Below, piece by piece: positions 47,676 to 57,521 of a stretch of DNA of 64,000 bases (its first letter is position 1; the number at the start of each line of letters is the position of its first letter). The notes beneath the pieces were generated by a model. That model was given only the letters and a program-made list of their open reading frames with translations, ran no database searches and was not told where the DNA came from. Both the position numbers and the translations under genes were made by a program. Source of the DNA: an uncultured Gammaproteobacteria bacterium (lineage in GTDB: Bacteria > Patescibacteriota > Patescibacteriia > Patescibacteriales > UBA12465); the NCBI GenBank assembly GCA_964435515.1, contig CAYSZD010000005.1, positions 8,813 to 72,812 of the forward strand. Reading direction: 5' to 3'.

Positions 47676-48770
47676 ATGTTAAGTATTGATAACATTACAA
47701 AAGAATTAGACAACTTAGAGCAAAGGCGACTATTATTAGTGGCCAATTTAGATTTGGAAAAACAGAAGGAGGAAATATCGGATTTAAGGAATAAAATGCA
47801 AGCTCCTGACTTTTGGAATAACCAGGAAGAGGCGACCAAGGTAAGTCGTAAGGCTGAGTTATTGCAAAAGGACTGGGACAAATGGAATAATTTAGAGTTA
47901 GCCTTAGTTGAAATTAGAGAATTATTGGTTTTAGCGGATAATGATAAGACCTTATTACTTGATATCGAAAAAAGCTTAAGTGTGTTAAATACTGACTTAG
48001 ATAACTTAGAACTACTCACTCTGTATAATGGCCCCTATGATGACAGGACGGCTATTTTAAGCATTAGCACCGGAACTGGAGGCGTAGATGCTCAAGATTG
48101 GACACAGATGTTAGAGCGTATGTATTTACGTTTTGCAGAGAAACAGGGGTGGAAAGTGGAAATACTTGATAGAGTAATTGCTAATGAGGCGGGAATTAAA
48201 AGTGTGATGATGAAAATAAGCGGTTTAAGAGCTTATGGTAATTTAAAAAGTGAAAATGGTACTCATCGGCTTTTACGTAATTCACCTTTTAATGCAGATG
48301 GTTTGCGTCAGACTTCTTTTGCATCAGTGGAAATTGTGCCCGAAATACAAGCGCAAGAGATTGATATTAAAAATGAAGATGTGCGTTTAGATGTTTTTCG
48401 CTCCAGTGGTCCTGGTGGTCAAAGTGTTAATACTACCGATTCCGCTGTGCGTTTAGTGCATTTGCCAACAGGTATAGTGGTTAGCTGTCAGAGTGAAAGA
48501 TCTCAGTTCCAAAATAAGGAAAATGCTTATGCTATATTAAGAGCTAAACTGACAAAATTAGAATTAGATAGACAAGATAAGGAAGCTAAAAGTTTAAAAG
48601 GTCAGGTTAAGGCAGAGTGGGGTCAGCAAATTCGTTCATATTGGCTTTATGGTAATCGTTTAGTGAAGGATCATCGAACAGATTATTCTGATAGTGATGT
48701 AGATGGTGTTTTAGATGGAAAACTGGAAGCTTTTATTGCTGCCTATTTAAGGTTAAATGCCAGTCATTAA
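47676..48770 (+). CDS. prfB: Peptide chain release factor 2, single uninterrupted ORF (no +1 frameshift site)
   Basis: SPF tripeptide anticodon (LLRNSPFNADGLRQTSF), GGQ motif (SGPGGQSVN), 364 aa contiguous. Confidence 0.85.
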   Translation: MLSIDNITKELDNLEQRRLLLVANLDLEKQKEEISDLRNKMQAPDFWNNQEEATKVSRKAELLQKDWDKWNNLELALVEIRELLVLADNDKTLLLDIEKSLSVLNTDLDNLELLTLYNGPYDDRTAILSISTGTGGVDAQDWTQMLERMYLRFAEKQGWKVEILDRVIANEAGIKSVMMKISGLRAYGNLKSENGTHRLLRNSPFNADGLRQTSFASVEIVPEIQAQEIDIKNEDVRLDVFRSSGPGGQSVNTTDSAVRLVHLPTGIVVSCQSERSQFQNKENAYAILRAKLTKLELDRQDKEAKSLKGQVKAEWGQQIRSYWLYGNRLVKDHRTDYSDSDVDGVLDGKLEAFIAAYLRLNASH

Positions 48771-48815
48771 AAATATTTTATATTTTTGTTATTAAGCTGT
48801 TAATTTAATAAGATT

Positions 48816-50306
48816 ATGATAAAAGAGATGAATAAATCTCTTTTTTCTTATGCCATTTCTTTTTTTAGTGGACTTTTAGTTGCTCATTATTGCGGCTATT
48901 ATTGTGATAAGCGCTTTTTATTTATTATTATTTTTTTAGCTTTTATTTTTTGGCGTAATAAATATTGGCGTTTTATTTCATTAATAATAGCTTTCTTTAT
49001 TTTGGCTACTGTACGCATGAATTTTGTTTATGATCGAGTTAGTTACTTCTCTCAATATTGGGGTGAGAATCATAATTGGAATTTTTGGATTTGTGCTGAT
49101 CCTGAGCCTGATTGGGATAAGCAAATTGTATATTTATGTTCAGATGAACATATTAAGTTGAAAGAGAAGGTAATCGCTTATCTGCCTTTGTATCCGCGTG
49201 TAAATTATGGAGATAAGTTAGAAGTAAATTGTACGTTAGAGCAACCAATAGTATTTGCAGATTTTAATTATGCGGCTTATTTAAAGATAAAAGGTATTAG
49301 CAGTATTTGTTCTTGGCCCAAGGTAATAAGTGTAGAGCAGGGGATTGGGGCTAATGTGCTTAGTTTGAGATTGTTTCGTTTTAAGCGACAAGCACTAGAT
49401 TATTTAAATTATTATCTACCCGAGCCCCAGTCTGGTTTAGCCAGTGCTTTACTTTTGGGTTATAAAAAAACATTATACGAAGAAGAATCAGAGGCTTTGA
49501 GAAAAGCGGGGCTTAGCCATTTAATTGCTATTTCTGGCGCTCATATTAGTTTATTTATTTATTTAATGATAAGTCTACTCACTTATTTAGGTTTATATAA
49601 AAAACAAGCTTTAATACCAGCTTTTTTATTAGCCATTCTTTATGTTTTTATCACTGGCCTACAAGCTTCAGCTTTACGTTCTTTAATTATGGGGGGATTC
49701 ATTTTATATTGTTGGCAAAGTGGACGTTTCAAAAATTCTTTTAATTTACTGCTACTAGCAGCGATGATTATGTTATATTTTAAGCCTCTGCTTTGGCTCT
49801 ATGATTTAGGCTTTCAACTCTCCTTTAGCGCCTTAATCGGGATAATTTTTCTTCAGCCTCTATTTAAGAAGCTGATGATAAGATATTGTTCTAGTCTTTA
49901 TTACTCTCGTGCGCAAATAATTTTTGATTCATTCTTTCTATCTCTTTCGGCCCAATTATTAATTTGGCCTATTTTAGCCTTGCAAATGGGGACAGTGTCT
50001 TTAATATCGCCTATTACTAATGTATTTGCTTTTTTTGTTTTTAGTCCTTTAATGTTAAGTCTCTTAATTGCCTTAGCTTTAAGTTTTATTGGTTTGTCTT
50101 CACTAGTATTATTTTTTCCAGCTTATATTTTTTTAGAATATATATTAATAGTTTGTAGATTTTTATCTTCTTGGAAATTATCTTTTATTACTGTAAATAA
50201 TTTTAATTGGCAGATAGCTTTATGTTATTACCTTTTTTTATTATTTTTTATATTTTTAAGCCAAAAACATAAAAAGAGTCATCAAAAAAGATTAGATATT
50301 AGTTAA
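48816..50306 (+). CDS. comEC: ComEC/Rec2-family DNA internalisation channel (no metallo-beta-lactamase domain)
   Basis: Polytopic; competence domain motif (LSHLIAISGAHISLFIYLM). Confidence 0.75.
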   Translation: MIKEMNKSLFSYAISFFSGLLVAHYCGYYCDKRFLFIIIFLAFIFWRNKYWRFISLIIAFFILATVRMNFVYDRVSYFSQYWGENHNWNFWICADPEPDWDKQIVYLCSDEHIKLKEKVIAYLPLYPRVNYGDKLEVNCTLEQPIVFADFNYAAYLKIKGISSICSWPKVISVEQGIGANVLSLRLFRFKRQALDYLNYYLPEPQSGLASALLLGYKKTLYEEESEALRKAGLSHLIAISGAHISLFIYLMISLLTYLGLYKKQALIPAFLLAILYVFITGLQASALRSLIMGGFILYCWQSGRFKNSFNLLLLAAMIMLYFKPLLWLYDLGFQLSFSALIGIIFLQPLFKKLMIRYCSSLYYSRAQIIFDSFFLSLSAQLLIWPILALQMGTVSLISPITNVFAFFVFSPLMLSLLIALALSFIGLSSLVLFFPAYIFLEYILIVCRFLSSWKLSFITVNNFNWQIALCYYLFLLFFIFLSQKHKKSHQKRLDIS

Positions 50307-50307
50307 T

Positions 50308-50338
50308 CAAAAAACTTCTCAATATTGAGAAGTTTTTT
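50308..50338. terminator. Bidirectional terminator between comEC (+) and rpmB (-)
   Basis: acttctcaa-tat-ttgagaagt hairpin flanked by aaaaa and tttttt. Confidence 0.65.
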
Positions 50339-50361
50339 GATGAGCTAAAATTTTTAAAAAA

Positions 50362-50538
50362 TTATTTTTCGTGCTTAGCAAGGGTACGCAAACACTTGAT
50401 GCAAATTTTTAATTTTACATCACCAATTCTTCTAGTCTGCAAATTAATATGCTGACGTTTTAGGGTTTGAATTTTTGAGTGAGAACGGCTAGCACCTTTA
50501 GTTGCACCGCGCTTACATAAATCACATCTTTTTGCCAT
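50362..50538 (-). CDS. rpmB: Ribosomal protein L28 (not in the ORF track)
   Basis: Reverse-strand translation MAKRCDLCKRGATKGASRSHSKIQTLKRQHINLQTRRIGDVKLKICIKCLRTLAKHEK matches the L28 family. Confidence 0.85.
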   Translation of the reverse strand: MAKRCDLCKRGATKGASRSHSKIQTLKRQHINLQTRRIGDVKLKICIKCLRTLAKHEK

Positions 50539-50694
50539 ATGCTTTTAAGACGGCCAGAGAATGCACGAAAAAACGGGCTTTTTTCGACGGCCGTTATATT
50601 TATAATTTCAATGTTTAAATGTTAGCACATTTTTAAAATTAATCAAGCTATGCTAGAATAAAGTAGTATGATATACTAAATTTTTCAATTATTT

Positions 50695-51300
50695 ATGTCA
50701 AATACTGTGATTATTTTATTTCAAGTAATTATTTTAATTTTTTCAGCTGTCATCCATGAATATATGCATGGTTTTGTCGCTGAGCGCTTAGGTGATCCAA
50801 CTGCTCGCTTAGCTGGACGACTCAGTTTAAATCCAATTGTACATTTAGAATGGTTTGGCTCCTTTCTTTTACCGGGTCTAATGTTGCTTTCTGGTATGCC
50901 CTTTGCTTTTGGTTGGGCTAAGCCTGTGCCATATAATCCTCATAATCTAGTGGATAAGCGCTGGGGAGAGGCGAAGGTGGCTTTAGCTGGACCTTTAGCC
51001 AACTTAGCAGTAGCTATATTTTTTGCTTTATTTTTAAGAATAGTGCCCTCTGTGAGTGCAAATTTTACTGCTTTAATTGGTCTAATTATTTATATTAATC
51101 TTATTTTAATGACCTTTAATTTATTGCCAATTCCGCCCTTAGATGGTTCTAAAATTTTAGCTGCCTTTCTTAGTACTAAGGCTAAAATATCTTATTTACG
51201 TTTAGAACGTTTTGGCTTTATTTTTGTAATTTTGTTTGCCTGGATTGCTTTCCCTCTATTATTACCTGTTATAGATTATTTATTTCGTATTTTAACTTAA
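50695..51300 (+). CDS. Site-2 protease family (M50) membrane metalloprotease
   Basis: HEYMH (HExxH) in TM1 and the NLLPIPPLDG (LDG) motif; 201 aa. Confidence 0.75.
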   Translation: MSNTVIILFQVIILIFSAVIHEYMHGFVAERLGDPTARLAGRLSLNPIVHLEWFGSFLLPGLMLLSGMPFAFGWAKPVPYNPHNLVDKRWGEAKVALAGPLANLAVAIFFALFLRIVPSVSANFTALIGLIIYINLILMTFNLLPIPPLDGSKILAAFLSTKAKISYLRLERFGFIFVILFAWIAFPLLLPVIDYLFRILT

Positions 51301-51346
51301 GCCTGATATTTCATTAAGATTAGTATTATTGTTTAATTATCTTGTC

Positions 51347-51375
51347 TTGACTTATTTTAAGGCTTTTGATAAAGT
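51347..51375 (+). promoter_or_regulatory. Candidate promoter of the str operon
   Basis: TTGACT (51347-51352), 17-nt spacer, TAAAGT (51370-51375). Confidence 0.4.
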
Positions 51376-51392
51376 AATCCCAGTAATAACTC

Positions 51393-51420
51393 TATCCTGA
51401 TGAGTCAGGATATTTTGTTA
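51393..51420 (+). promoter_or_regulatory. Leader hairpin plus U-run (attenuator/terminator-like) in the rpsL 5' region
   Basis: Perfect 8-bp stem tatcctga-tgag-tcaggata followed by ttttgtt, about 20 nt downstream of the candidate -10. Confidence 0.35.
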
Positions 51421-51526
51421 TCAAAAGAAAAATTTATTAATGAAAAGAGATTATTAATTAATATAAAAATTCTCTTTTCCGCCTCGGTAAACAATATATT
51501 CCGAGTCTTTTTAAAGCTGAAGCATT

Positions 51527-51955
51527 ATGCCGACTATTAATCAATTAGTAAGAAAGGGTCGTAAGAAAAAAAATGTACGTAGCACTTCTTTAGCGTTACA
51601 TACAAGCTTTGACTCTTTGCATCGTAAAAAGAATGTTAGTGCTAAGGGCGCACCTTTTAAACAGGGTGTATGCTTAAAGGTAACTACTACTACTCCTAAG
51701 AAGCCTAACTCTGCTTTACGTAAAATTGCTCGTGTACGTTTGTCTAACGGTATGGAAGTGACTGCTTATATTCCAGGCATGGGTCATAATTTACAAGAAC
51801 ACTCTATTGTTTTAGTGAAAGGTGGAAAAACTAAAGATCTCCCTGGTGTACGTTATAAAGTTGTGCGTGGAGTATATGATGCAGCTGGTGTAGAGGCTCG
51901 TCGTCAAGGACGTAGTTCTTATGGCGCTAAGAAGCCAAAAACAGAAAAAAAGTAA
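51527..51955 (+). CDS. rpsL: Ribosomal protein S12
   Basis: [14 protein letters not shown]...[10 protein letters not shown]... Confidence 0.95.
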   Translation: MPTINQLVRKGRKKKNVRSTSLALHTSFDSLHRKKNVSAKGAPFKQGVCLKVTTTTPKKPNSALRKIARVRLSNGMEVTAYIPGMGHNLQEHSIVLVKGGKTKDLPGVRYKVVRGVYDAAGVEARRQGRSSYGAKKPKTEKK

Positions 51956-52041
51956 TTTATTAACTAATCCTATTTAGGATTTATATTTATATAATTGGTG
52001 CGCGTCAAATTATAGCTAGTGTCGCGACCACCCTAAGAATT

Positions 52042-52521
52042 ATGAGAGGAAAACAAGCCCCTAAAAGAGAACTAAGCGGGGATAGTAAATACAATGATCA
52101 AAACATTACTAAGTTAATTAACTATGTGATGAAGGAAGGTAAAAAAAGCGTAGCTGAAAAAATTGTCTACGATTCTTTTCATATTATCAAAGAGAAAACT
52201 AAGCAGGATCCTCGTCATGTGTTTAATAAGGCAATGAAAAGAGTTTCTCCTTTAGTTGAAGTTCGTGGTAAGAGGGTTGGTGGTGCTAACTATCAAGTTC
52301 CTTTTCAGGTTCGTGGAGAGCGCCGATACTATCTTGGTTGTCATTGGTTAATCAGCGCAGCTCAAGCTCGACGTGGTCGTTCAATGGCAGAAAAAATGGC
52401 AGCGGAAATTTTAGATGCTGCTAACGGAGAAGGAGCAGCTATCAAGAAGCGTGAAGCTGTCCACAAGATGGCTGAAGCTAATAAAGCTTTTGCTCATTTT
52501 TCTCGTTCTCGTTCTAAATAA
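52042..52521 (+). CDS. rpsG: Ribosomal protein S7
   Basis: 159 aa; KLINYVMKEGKKSVAEKIVY... core. Confidence 0.95.
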   Translation: MRGKQAPKRELSGDSKYNDQNITKLINYVMKEGKKSVAEKIVYDSFHIIKEKTKQDPRHVFNKAMKRVSPLVEVRGKRVGGANYQVPFQVRGERRYYLGCHWLISAAQARRGRSMAEKMAAEILDAANGEGAAIKKREAVHKMAEANKAFAHFSRSRSK

Positions 52522-52571
52522 TTTGTTTATTATTGTTTGTTTTTATTACTTACTAATTTTTAATTTGATTT

Positions 52572-54647
52572 ATGCCTCGTGATTATTCTCTTGATAAGAT
52601 AAGAAACATTGGTATCATGGCTCATATTGATGCCGGCAAAACAACTTTTACCGAAAGAGTTCTTTTTTATACTGGTAAAAAATATAAGTTAGGTGAAGTA
52701 CATGAAGGTGCGGCTGAAATGGATTGGATGGAACAAGAAAAAGAACGTGGCATTACTATTACTTCAGCTGCTACTACTTGTTTTTGGAAGGGTAATAAAA
52801 TTAATATTATTGATACTCCTGGGCACGTTGATTTTACTGTGGAAGTAGAGCGTTCTTTGCGTGTTTTAGACGGAGCTATTGCTGTCTTTGATGGACAGGC
52901 TGGTGTAGAGCCTCAATCAGAAACTGTTTGGCGTCAGGCTGATAAATATCATGTTCCTCGTCTTTGTTTTGTAAATAAAATGGATAAGATGGGTGCTGAT
53001 TTTTATATGAGTTTAGACTCTATCAAACAACGTCTTAATTCTAGGGCTGTAGCCGTTCAATTACCAATTGGTGCTGAAGATAATTTAAGTGGCGTGATTG
53101 ATTTATTAGAAAAAAAGGCTTATAGCTTTGCTGGTAATTTTGGTGAAAATATTACCGAGATTGATATGCCGGCTGATATGGTAGAGAAGGTAGAAAAATA
53201 TCGTTCTGAACTAGTTGAAAAAGTAGTTGAATGTGATGAGGCTATCATGGAAAAATATTTAGCTGGCGAGGAAATTAGCATTGAAGAATTACAAAAAGTT
53301 TTACGCAAAGGAGTGATTAATAATGAAATTTATCCTGTTTTATGTGGCACTGCGTTACAAAATATTGGCGTGCAGTTTGCTTTAGATGCAGTTAATGCTT
53401 ACTTACCTTCACCTTTAGATGTACCTGCAGTTGAGGCTAATGATGTAAATGATGAAGAAAAAAAATATTCTGTTAAAGCTGATGATAATGCACCTTTTAT
53501 TGGTTTAGCTTTTAAAATTGCAACTGATCCTTTTGTGGGAAAACTTTGTTTCGTCCGTGTTTATCAAGGTGTTTTACAATCAGGTTCTTATATTGTTAAT
53601 ACTTCAACTGGTAATAAGGAAAGAATTGGACGTTTAGTTCGTATGCATTCAAATCATCGTGAAGAAATTAAAGAAATATACGCAGGTGATATCGCGGCTG
53701 TTATTGGTTTAAAAAATACTACTACTGGTAATACATTATGTGCTGAAGATAATGAAGTATTATTAGAATCTATTACTTTTCCAGAACCAGTTATTAAAAT
53801 TGCGGTTGAACCAAAGACTAAAGCTGATCAAGAAAAAATGGGTATTGCCCTATCTCGTTTAGCTGAAGAAGATCCTACCTTTAGAGTTGAGACTGACGAG
53901 GAAACAAATCAAGTACTTATTTCAGGTATGGGAGAATTGCATTTAGATATTATTGTTGATCGCATGAAGAGGGAATTCGGAGTAGAGGCTAACGTGGGCA
54001 ATCCTCAAGTTTCATATCGTGAAACAATTACTCAATCTGCTGAAGCTGAACATAAGTATGCTAAACAATCTGGTGGACGCGGACAATATGGTCATTGTGC
54101 ATTGAGAGTTGAACCATCAGGAGAGGGCAAGGGTTATGAATTTATAGACGAAGTTAAAGGTGGTGTTATTCCTAGAGAATTTATTCCAGCTATTGAAAAA
54201 GGCGTAAAGGAAGGATTGCAAAGTGGTGTTGTTGCTGGTTATCCCATGGTTGATGTAAAAGTGGCTGTATATCATGGTAGTTATCATGAAGTTGATTCAT
54301 CTGAAGTAGCTTTTAAAATGGCTGGTATTTTTGCCTTTAAAGAGGCTTGTCAAAAAGCTAAGCCAATTTTATTAGAACCGCTCATGAAGGTAGAGGTAAC
54401 TACTCCAGAAGAATATATGGGCAACATTATTGGTGATCTTAACTCAAAGAGAGGACAAATTGAGGAAATGACAGATAGACCTAATAAGATAAAAGCAATT
54501 CACGCGAAAGTGCCACTATCAGAAATGTTTGGTTATGCAACCGCTCTTAGATCAATGTCTCAAGGTAGAGCTAATTATGTAATGGAATTTCATCATTATA
54601 GTGAGGTACCAAGAAATATTTTAGAACAGATCAAAGAAAAGAAATAA
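52572..54647 (+). CDS. fusA: Elongation factor G
   Basis: G-domain [21 protein letters not shown]; 691 aa. Confidence 0.95.
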   Translation: MPRDYSLDKIRNIGIMAHIDAGKTTFTERVLFYTGKKYKLGEVHEGAAEMDWMEQEKERGITITSAATTCFWKGNKINIIDTPGHVDFTVEVERSLRVLDGAIAVFDGQAGVEPQSETVWRQADKYHVPRLCFVNKMDKMGADFYMSLDSIKQRLNSRAVAVQLPIGAEDNLSGVIDLLEKKAYSFAGNFGENITEIDMPADMVEKVEKYRSELVEKVVECDEAIMEKYLAGEEISIEELQKVLRKGVINNEIYPVLCGTALQNIGVQFALDAVNAYLPSPLDVPAVEANDVNDEEKKYSVKADDNAPFIGLAFKIATDPFVGKLCFVRVYQGVLQSGSYIVNTSTGNKERIGRLVRMHSNHREEIKEIYAGDIAAVIGLKNTTTGNTLCAEDNEVLLESITFPEPVIKIAVEPKTKADQEKMGIALSRLAEEDPTFRVETDEETNQVLISGMGELHLDIIVDRMKREFGVEANVGNPQVSYRETITQSAEAEHKYAKQSGGRGQYGHCALRVEPSGEGKGYEFIDEVKGGVIPREFIPAIEKGVKEGLQSGVVAGYPMVDVKVAVYHGSYHEVDSSEVAFKMAGIFAFKEACQKAKPILLEPLMKVEVTTPEEYMGNIIGDLNSKRGQIEEMTDRPNKIKAIHAKVPLSEMFGYATALRSMSQGRANYVMEFHHYSEVPRNILEQIKEKK

Positions 54648-54657
54648 GTTATAGTTT

Positions 54658-55254
54658 ATGTCCTTGGAAAAACTTCATCTTAATATAGATAGCGGTTTAG
54701 CGGAAAAAGATTTAAGTGGAGAAGAGCAGGCTTTAAGTAATTTTTGTCGACAGTTTAATAATCCAATAGTTTTCTTAAAGACTGGAACTAAAAATGAAAG
54801 TGAAGTAAAATTAGCTGATAATTTAGAGATGATGGATGAAGAAGAAAAAGTGATAGCCGAGATGATATTACTACAGGCTGATACCTTTTTACATAGCCCT
54901 GCATTTACCGATAGTTTTCATGAAGATCATGCGGCCCGACGAGAATGGGAAAGAGATAGTTTAAATAAAGATTCATTTAGCGAGGTGGCTAAGTTATATG
55001 CTAGCAATCGATTTAATCTTAACCTTCTAGGATTGCCGATGTTATTTCTTTCTTGGGCCGAGTCATTAGAAGAAAAATATTCCTTATCATTAGAACAGAA
55101 AAAAATAGTTAAGCAAATTAGAATAGATTTAGATTCTATTGGCAGAGAAAAATTTAATGAATATGGTAGCATGAACGATGAACAGAAATTTGAGCTTATT
55201 ACACAATTAGAAGTTGTTTTTCAAAATATTGTAGCTTTGTTGAGTGGGAAATAA
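54658..55254 (+). CDS. Hypothetical protein inserted between fusA and tuf
   Basis: 198-aa ORF that starts 10 nt after fusA; no recognisable motif. Confidence 0.5.
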   Translation: MSLEKLHLNIDSGLAEKDLSGEEQALSNFCRQFNNPIVFLKTGTKNESEVKLADNLEMMDEEEKVIAEMILLQADTFLHSPAFTDSFHEDHAARREWERDSLNKDSFSEVAKLYASNRFNLNLLGLPMLFLSWAESLEEKYSLSLEQKKIVKQIRIDLDSIGREKFNEYGSMNDEQKFELITQLEVVFQNIVALLSGK

Positions 55255-55281
55255 GAGCTTTTGGAGGAAAGCCTAAATAAT

Positions 55282-55614
55282 ATGCGTGAGCAATTAAAAA
55301 AAGCTTTAAAACTAGCCAGAAAAACCAAGGATGCTATTCTGTTTTTCGATGCTGAGGCTCCAGAGGATTCATTTGCCATTTTAGACTTAGATCGTTATGA
55401 AGAAATTATAGATCCGGCAATATTAAACAAAAAAGACAGAGTGTATCAAACTAATTTGACAGACGAAGATTTAGCTGATAAAATTAATCGCGAAATCTCC
55501 GACTGGAAGAATCAAGAGCAGTCGGACTATTTGCTTGAGGAAAGTAAAGATAGTCCTCGCTGGAAAATACCACCGCATATTAAGAATAAGGCAGAGAATA
55601 ATCCTACAAAATAG
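55282..55614 (+). CDS. Hypothetical acidic protein inserted between fusA and tuf
   Basis: 111-aa ORF from ATG 55282, preceded by GGAGG at 55263-55267; an upstream TTG at 55261 is also possible. Confidence 0.45.
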   Translation: MREQLKKALKLARKTKDAILFFDAEAPEDSFAILDLDRYEEIIDPAILNKKDRVYQTNLTDEDLADKINREISDWKNQEQSDYLLEESKDSPRWKIPPHIKNKAENNPTK

Positions 55615-55645
55615 TTTTAAAAAAATTTTATAATTAATTAATTTC

Positions 55646-55691
55646 ACGGCTGGTTTCCTCTAATAGGAAAGAAACCCCTTTAGGGGGCCGT
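55646..55691 (+). promoter_or_regulatory. GC-rich nested stem-loop element directly upstream of the tuf start codon
   Basis: Outer stem acggc/gccgt, inner stems ggtttc/gaaacc and cccc-ttta-gggg. GC-rich island in AT-rich DNA, 12 nt before the ATG. Confidence 0.3.
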
Positions 55692-55703
55692 AAGCATAAA
55701 AAC

Positions 55704-56891
55704 ATGGCAGAAACATTTTCACGTACAAAGCCCCATGTCAATGTTGGCACTATCGGTCACGTTGATCACGGGAAAACCACTCTAACTGCCGCTATGTTAG
55801 CGGTATTCGGTGCTCATGGTATGAGCGCTTCTAAAAAAGATGTCGGCGAAATTGATGCAGCTCCAGAAGAAAAAGAACGTGGCATTACTATTGCTACTGC
55901 TCACGTAGAGTATGAATCAGAAAAACGTCACTATGCACACGTTGATTGTCCTGGACACGCCGATTATGTTAAAAACATGATTACCGGTGCTGCTCAAATG
56001 GACGGTGCTATTTTAGTAGTATCTGCAACTGACGGACCTATGCCTCAGACTCGTGAACACATCTTGCTTGCTCGTCAAGTTGGTGTGCCTCATATTGTTG
56101 TTTTCTTGAATAAATGCGATATGGTTGAAGATCAAGAATTAATTGACCTAGTTGAAGAAGAAGTTCGTGATTTATTAAAGAAATATGAGTTCCCAGGTGA
56201 CACTACTCCAATTATTCGTGGTAGTGCTTTGAAAGCATTAGAAAATCCAAATGGTCCTGATGCTGAGCCAATCATGGAACTTATGAAGCAATTAGACGAG
56301 TTTATTCCAGATCCAATTCGCGATATTGATCATGACTTCTTAATGCCTATCGAAGATATTTTTTCTATTGAAGGTCGCGGTACAGTTGTAACTGGTCGTA
56401 TCGAAAGAGGTGTTATCAATGTTGGCGACGAAGTTGAAATCGTTGGTTTACATGATACTAAAAAGACAACTATTACTGGTGTTGAAATGTTTAACAAATC
56501 ATTAGCACGTGGTGAAGCTGGCGATAATGCTGGATTATTACTTCGTGGTACTAAAAAGAATGAAGTTGAACGTGGTCAAGTATTATGTAAGCCAGGAAGC
56601 GTAACTCCTCATACTGAATTTGAAGCTCAGATTTACGTTTTATCTAAAGATGAAGGTGGGCGTCATAAGCCATTCTTTAAAGGTTACAAACCTCAATTCT
56701 ATATTCGTACTACTGATGTAACCGGTGAAGTAGAATTGCCAGCAGGAACTGAAATGGTTATGCCTGGAGATACTGTTAACATTAATGTTAAATTAATTTC
56801 TCCAGTTGCTTTAGAGGAAAAACAACGTTTCGCTATTCGTGAAGGTGGACGTACTGTTGGTGCTGGTGCAGTGGTAAAGATTATTAAGTAG
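55704..56891 (+). CDS. tuf: Elongation factor Tu
   Basis: [25 protein letters not shown]; 395 aa. Confidence 0.97.
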   Translation: MAETFSRTKPHVNVGTIGHVDHGKTTLTAAMLAVFGAHGMSASKKDVGEIDAAPEEKERGITIATAHVEYESEKRHYAHVDCPGHADYVKNMITGAAQMDGAILVVSATDGPMPQTREHILLARQVGVPHIVVFLNKCDMVEDQELIDLVEEEVRDLLKKYEFPGDTTPIIRGSALKALENPNGPDAEPIMELMKQLDEFIPDPIRDIDHDFLMPIEDIFSIEGRGTVVTGRIERGVINVGDEVEIVGLHDTKKTTITGVEMFNKSLARGEAGDNAGLLLRGTKKNEVERGQVLCKPGSVTPHTEFEAQIYVLSKDEGGRHKPFFKGYKPQFYIRTTDVTGEVELPAGTEMVMPGDTVNINVKLISPVALEEKQRFAIREGGRTVGAGAVVKIIK

Positions 56892-56901
56892 TTGATACTT
56901 A

Positions 56902-56945
56902 GGTCCGCTCTATTATTAGGGCGGACTTGTAGTGTTTATTTATTT
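56902..56945 (+). terminator. Terminator-like hairpin after tuf
   Basis: ggtccgc-(loop)-gcggact stem followed by a U-rich tail (tgtttatttatttt). Confidence 0.4.
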
Positions 56946-56974
56946 TAATTTAAAAACATAAGAGTATATTTTCT

Positions 56975-57313
56975 ATGTCCGAAATCAAGAAAGAAGAAAA
57001 AGATTACAAGCAAAAAATCCGAATTAAGATTAAAGCTTTTGATCATAAGATTATTGATCAGTCTACTAAGACTATCGTTGATACTATTGAACGCAGTGAT
57101 GCTAATTTTTTTGGCCCTATTCCATTGCCAACTGAGAAAAGAAAATATACAGTTAATCGTTCAACTTTTGTTCATAAAGATGCTCGTGATCAGTATGAAA
57201 TGAGAGTACATAAACGTATTATTGATATTATAGATCCTAGTTCTGCTACTATTGAAAATTTAACTAATTTAAATTTACCAGCAGGGGTTGACGTAGAGAT
57301 AAAAATGCAGTAA
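56975..57313 (+). CDS. rpsJ: Ribosomal protein S10
   Basis: KIRIKIKAFDHKIIDQSTKTIVDT... Confidence 0.95.
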   Translation: MSEIKKEEKDYKQKIRIKIKAFDHKIIDQSTKTIVDTIERSDANFFGPIPLPTEKRKYTVNRSTFVHKDARDQYEMRVHKRIIDIIDPSSATIENLTNLNLPAGVDVEIKMQ

Positions 57314-57488
57314 AATATAATCAAATAAATTTTAGCGTCGCTAAGGCGTTATTGGGTAACTCTTAGTTAACTAATTAAGAAAGTGTCCACTGGTAAATTA
57401 GCGATATTTTAAGGAGAAAACAGCGAGAAAATAAAACACAAATTGAGTTTCAGGGCGTATTTAGCAATTTTTAGATTTTGTTTTCAGG

Positions 57489-57515
57489 CTGGTAAAATTA
57501 CCAGTTTTTTGTTTT
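57489..57515 (+). promoter_or_regulatory. Terminator-like hairpin plus T-run immediately upstream of rplC
   Basis: ctggtaa-aa-ttaccag stem followed by ttttttgtttt, ending 6 nt before the rplC ATG. Sits within a 208-nt rpsJ-rplC spacer. Confidence 0.4.
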
Positions 57516-57521
57516 AAAAAT

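Noticed and set aside
47676-48770. Programmed +1 frameshift in prfB
   Set aside because: The ORF is contiguous from ATG 47676 and there is no internal CTT-TGA-C site.
51393-51412. Hammerhead ribozyme (CUGAUGAG core)
   Set aside because: Only the CUGAUGA box is present, forming a simple perfect hairpin. The second conserved core (GAAA in a three-way junction) and stem architecture are absent.
51400-51540. 46-codon ORF in the rpsL leader as a real gene
   Set aside because: It overlaps the rpsL start out of frame, has no SD, and gives a low-complexity product. Kept only as a speculative leader-peptide note.
51956-52041. Structured element between rpsL and rpsG (ggtgcgcg...cgcgaccacc)
   Set aside because: Only an imperfect, bulged pairing could be drawn; too weak to call without covariation.
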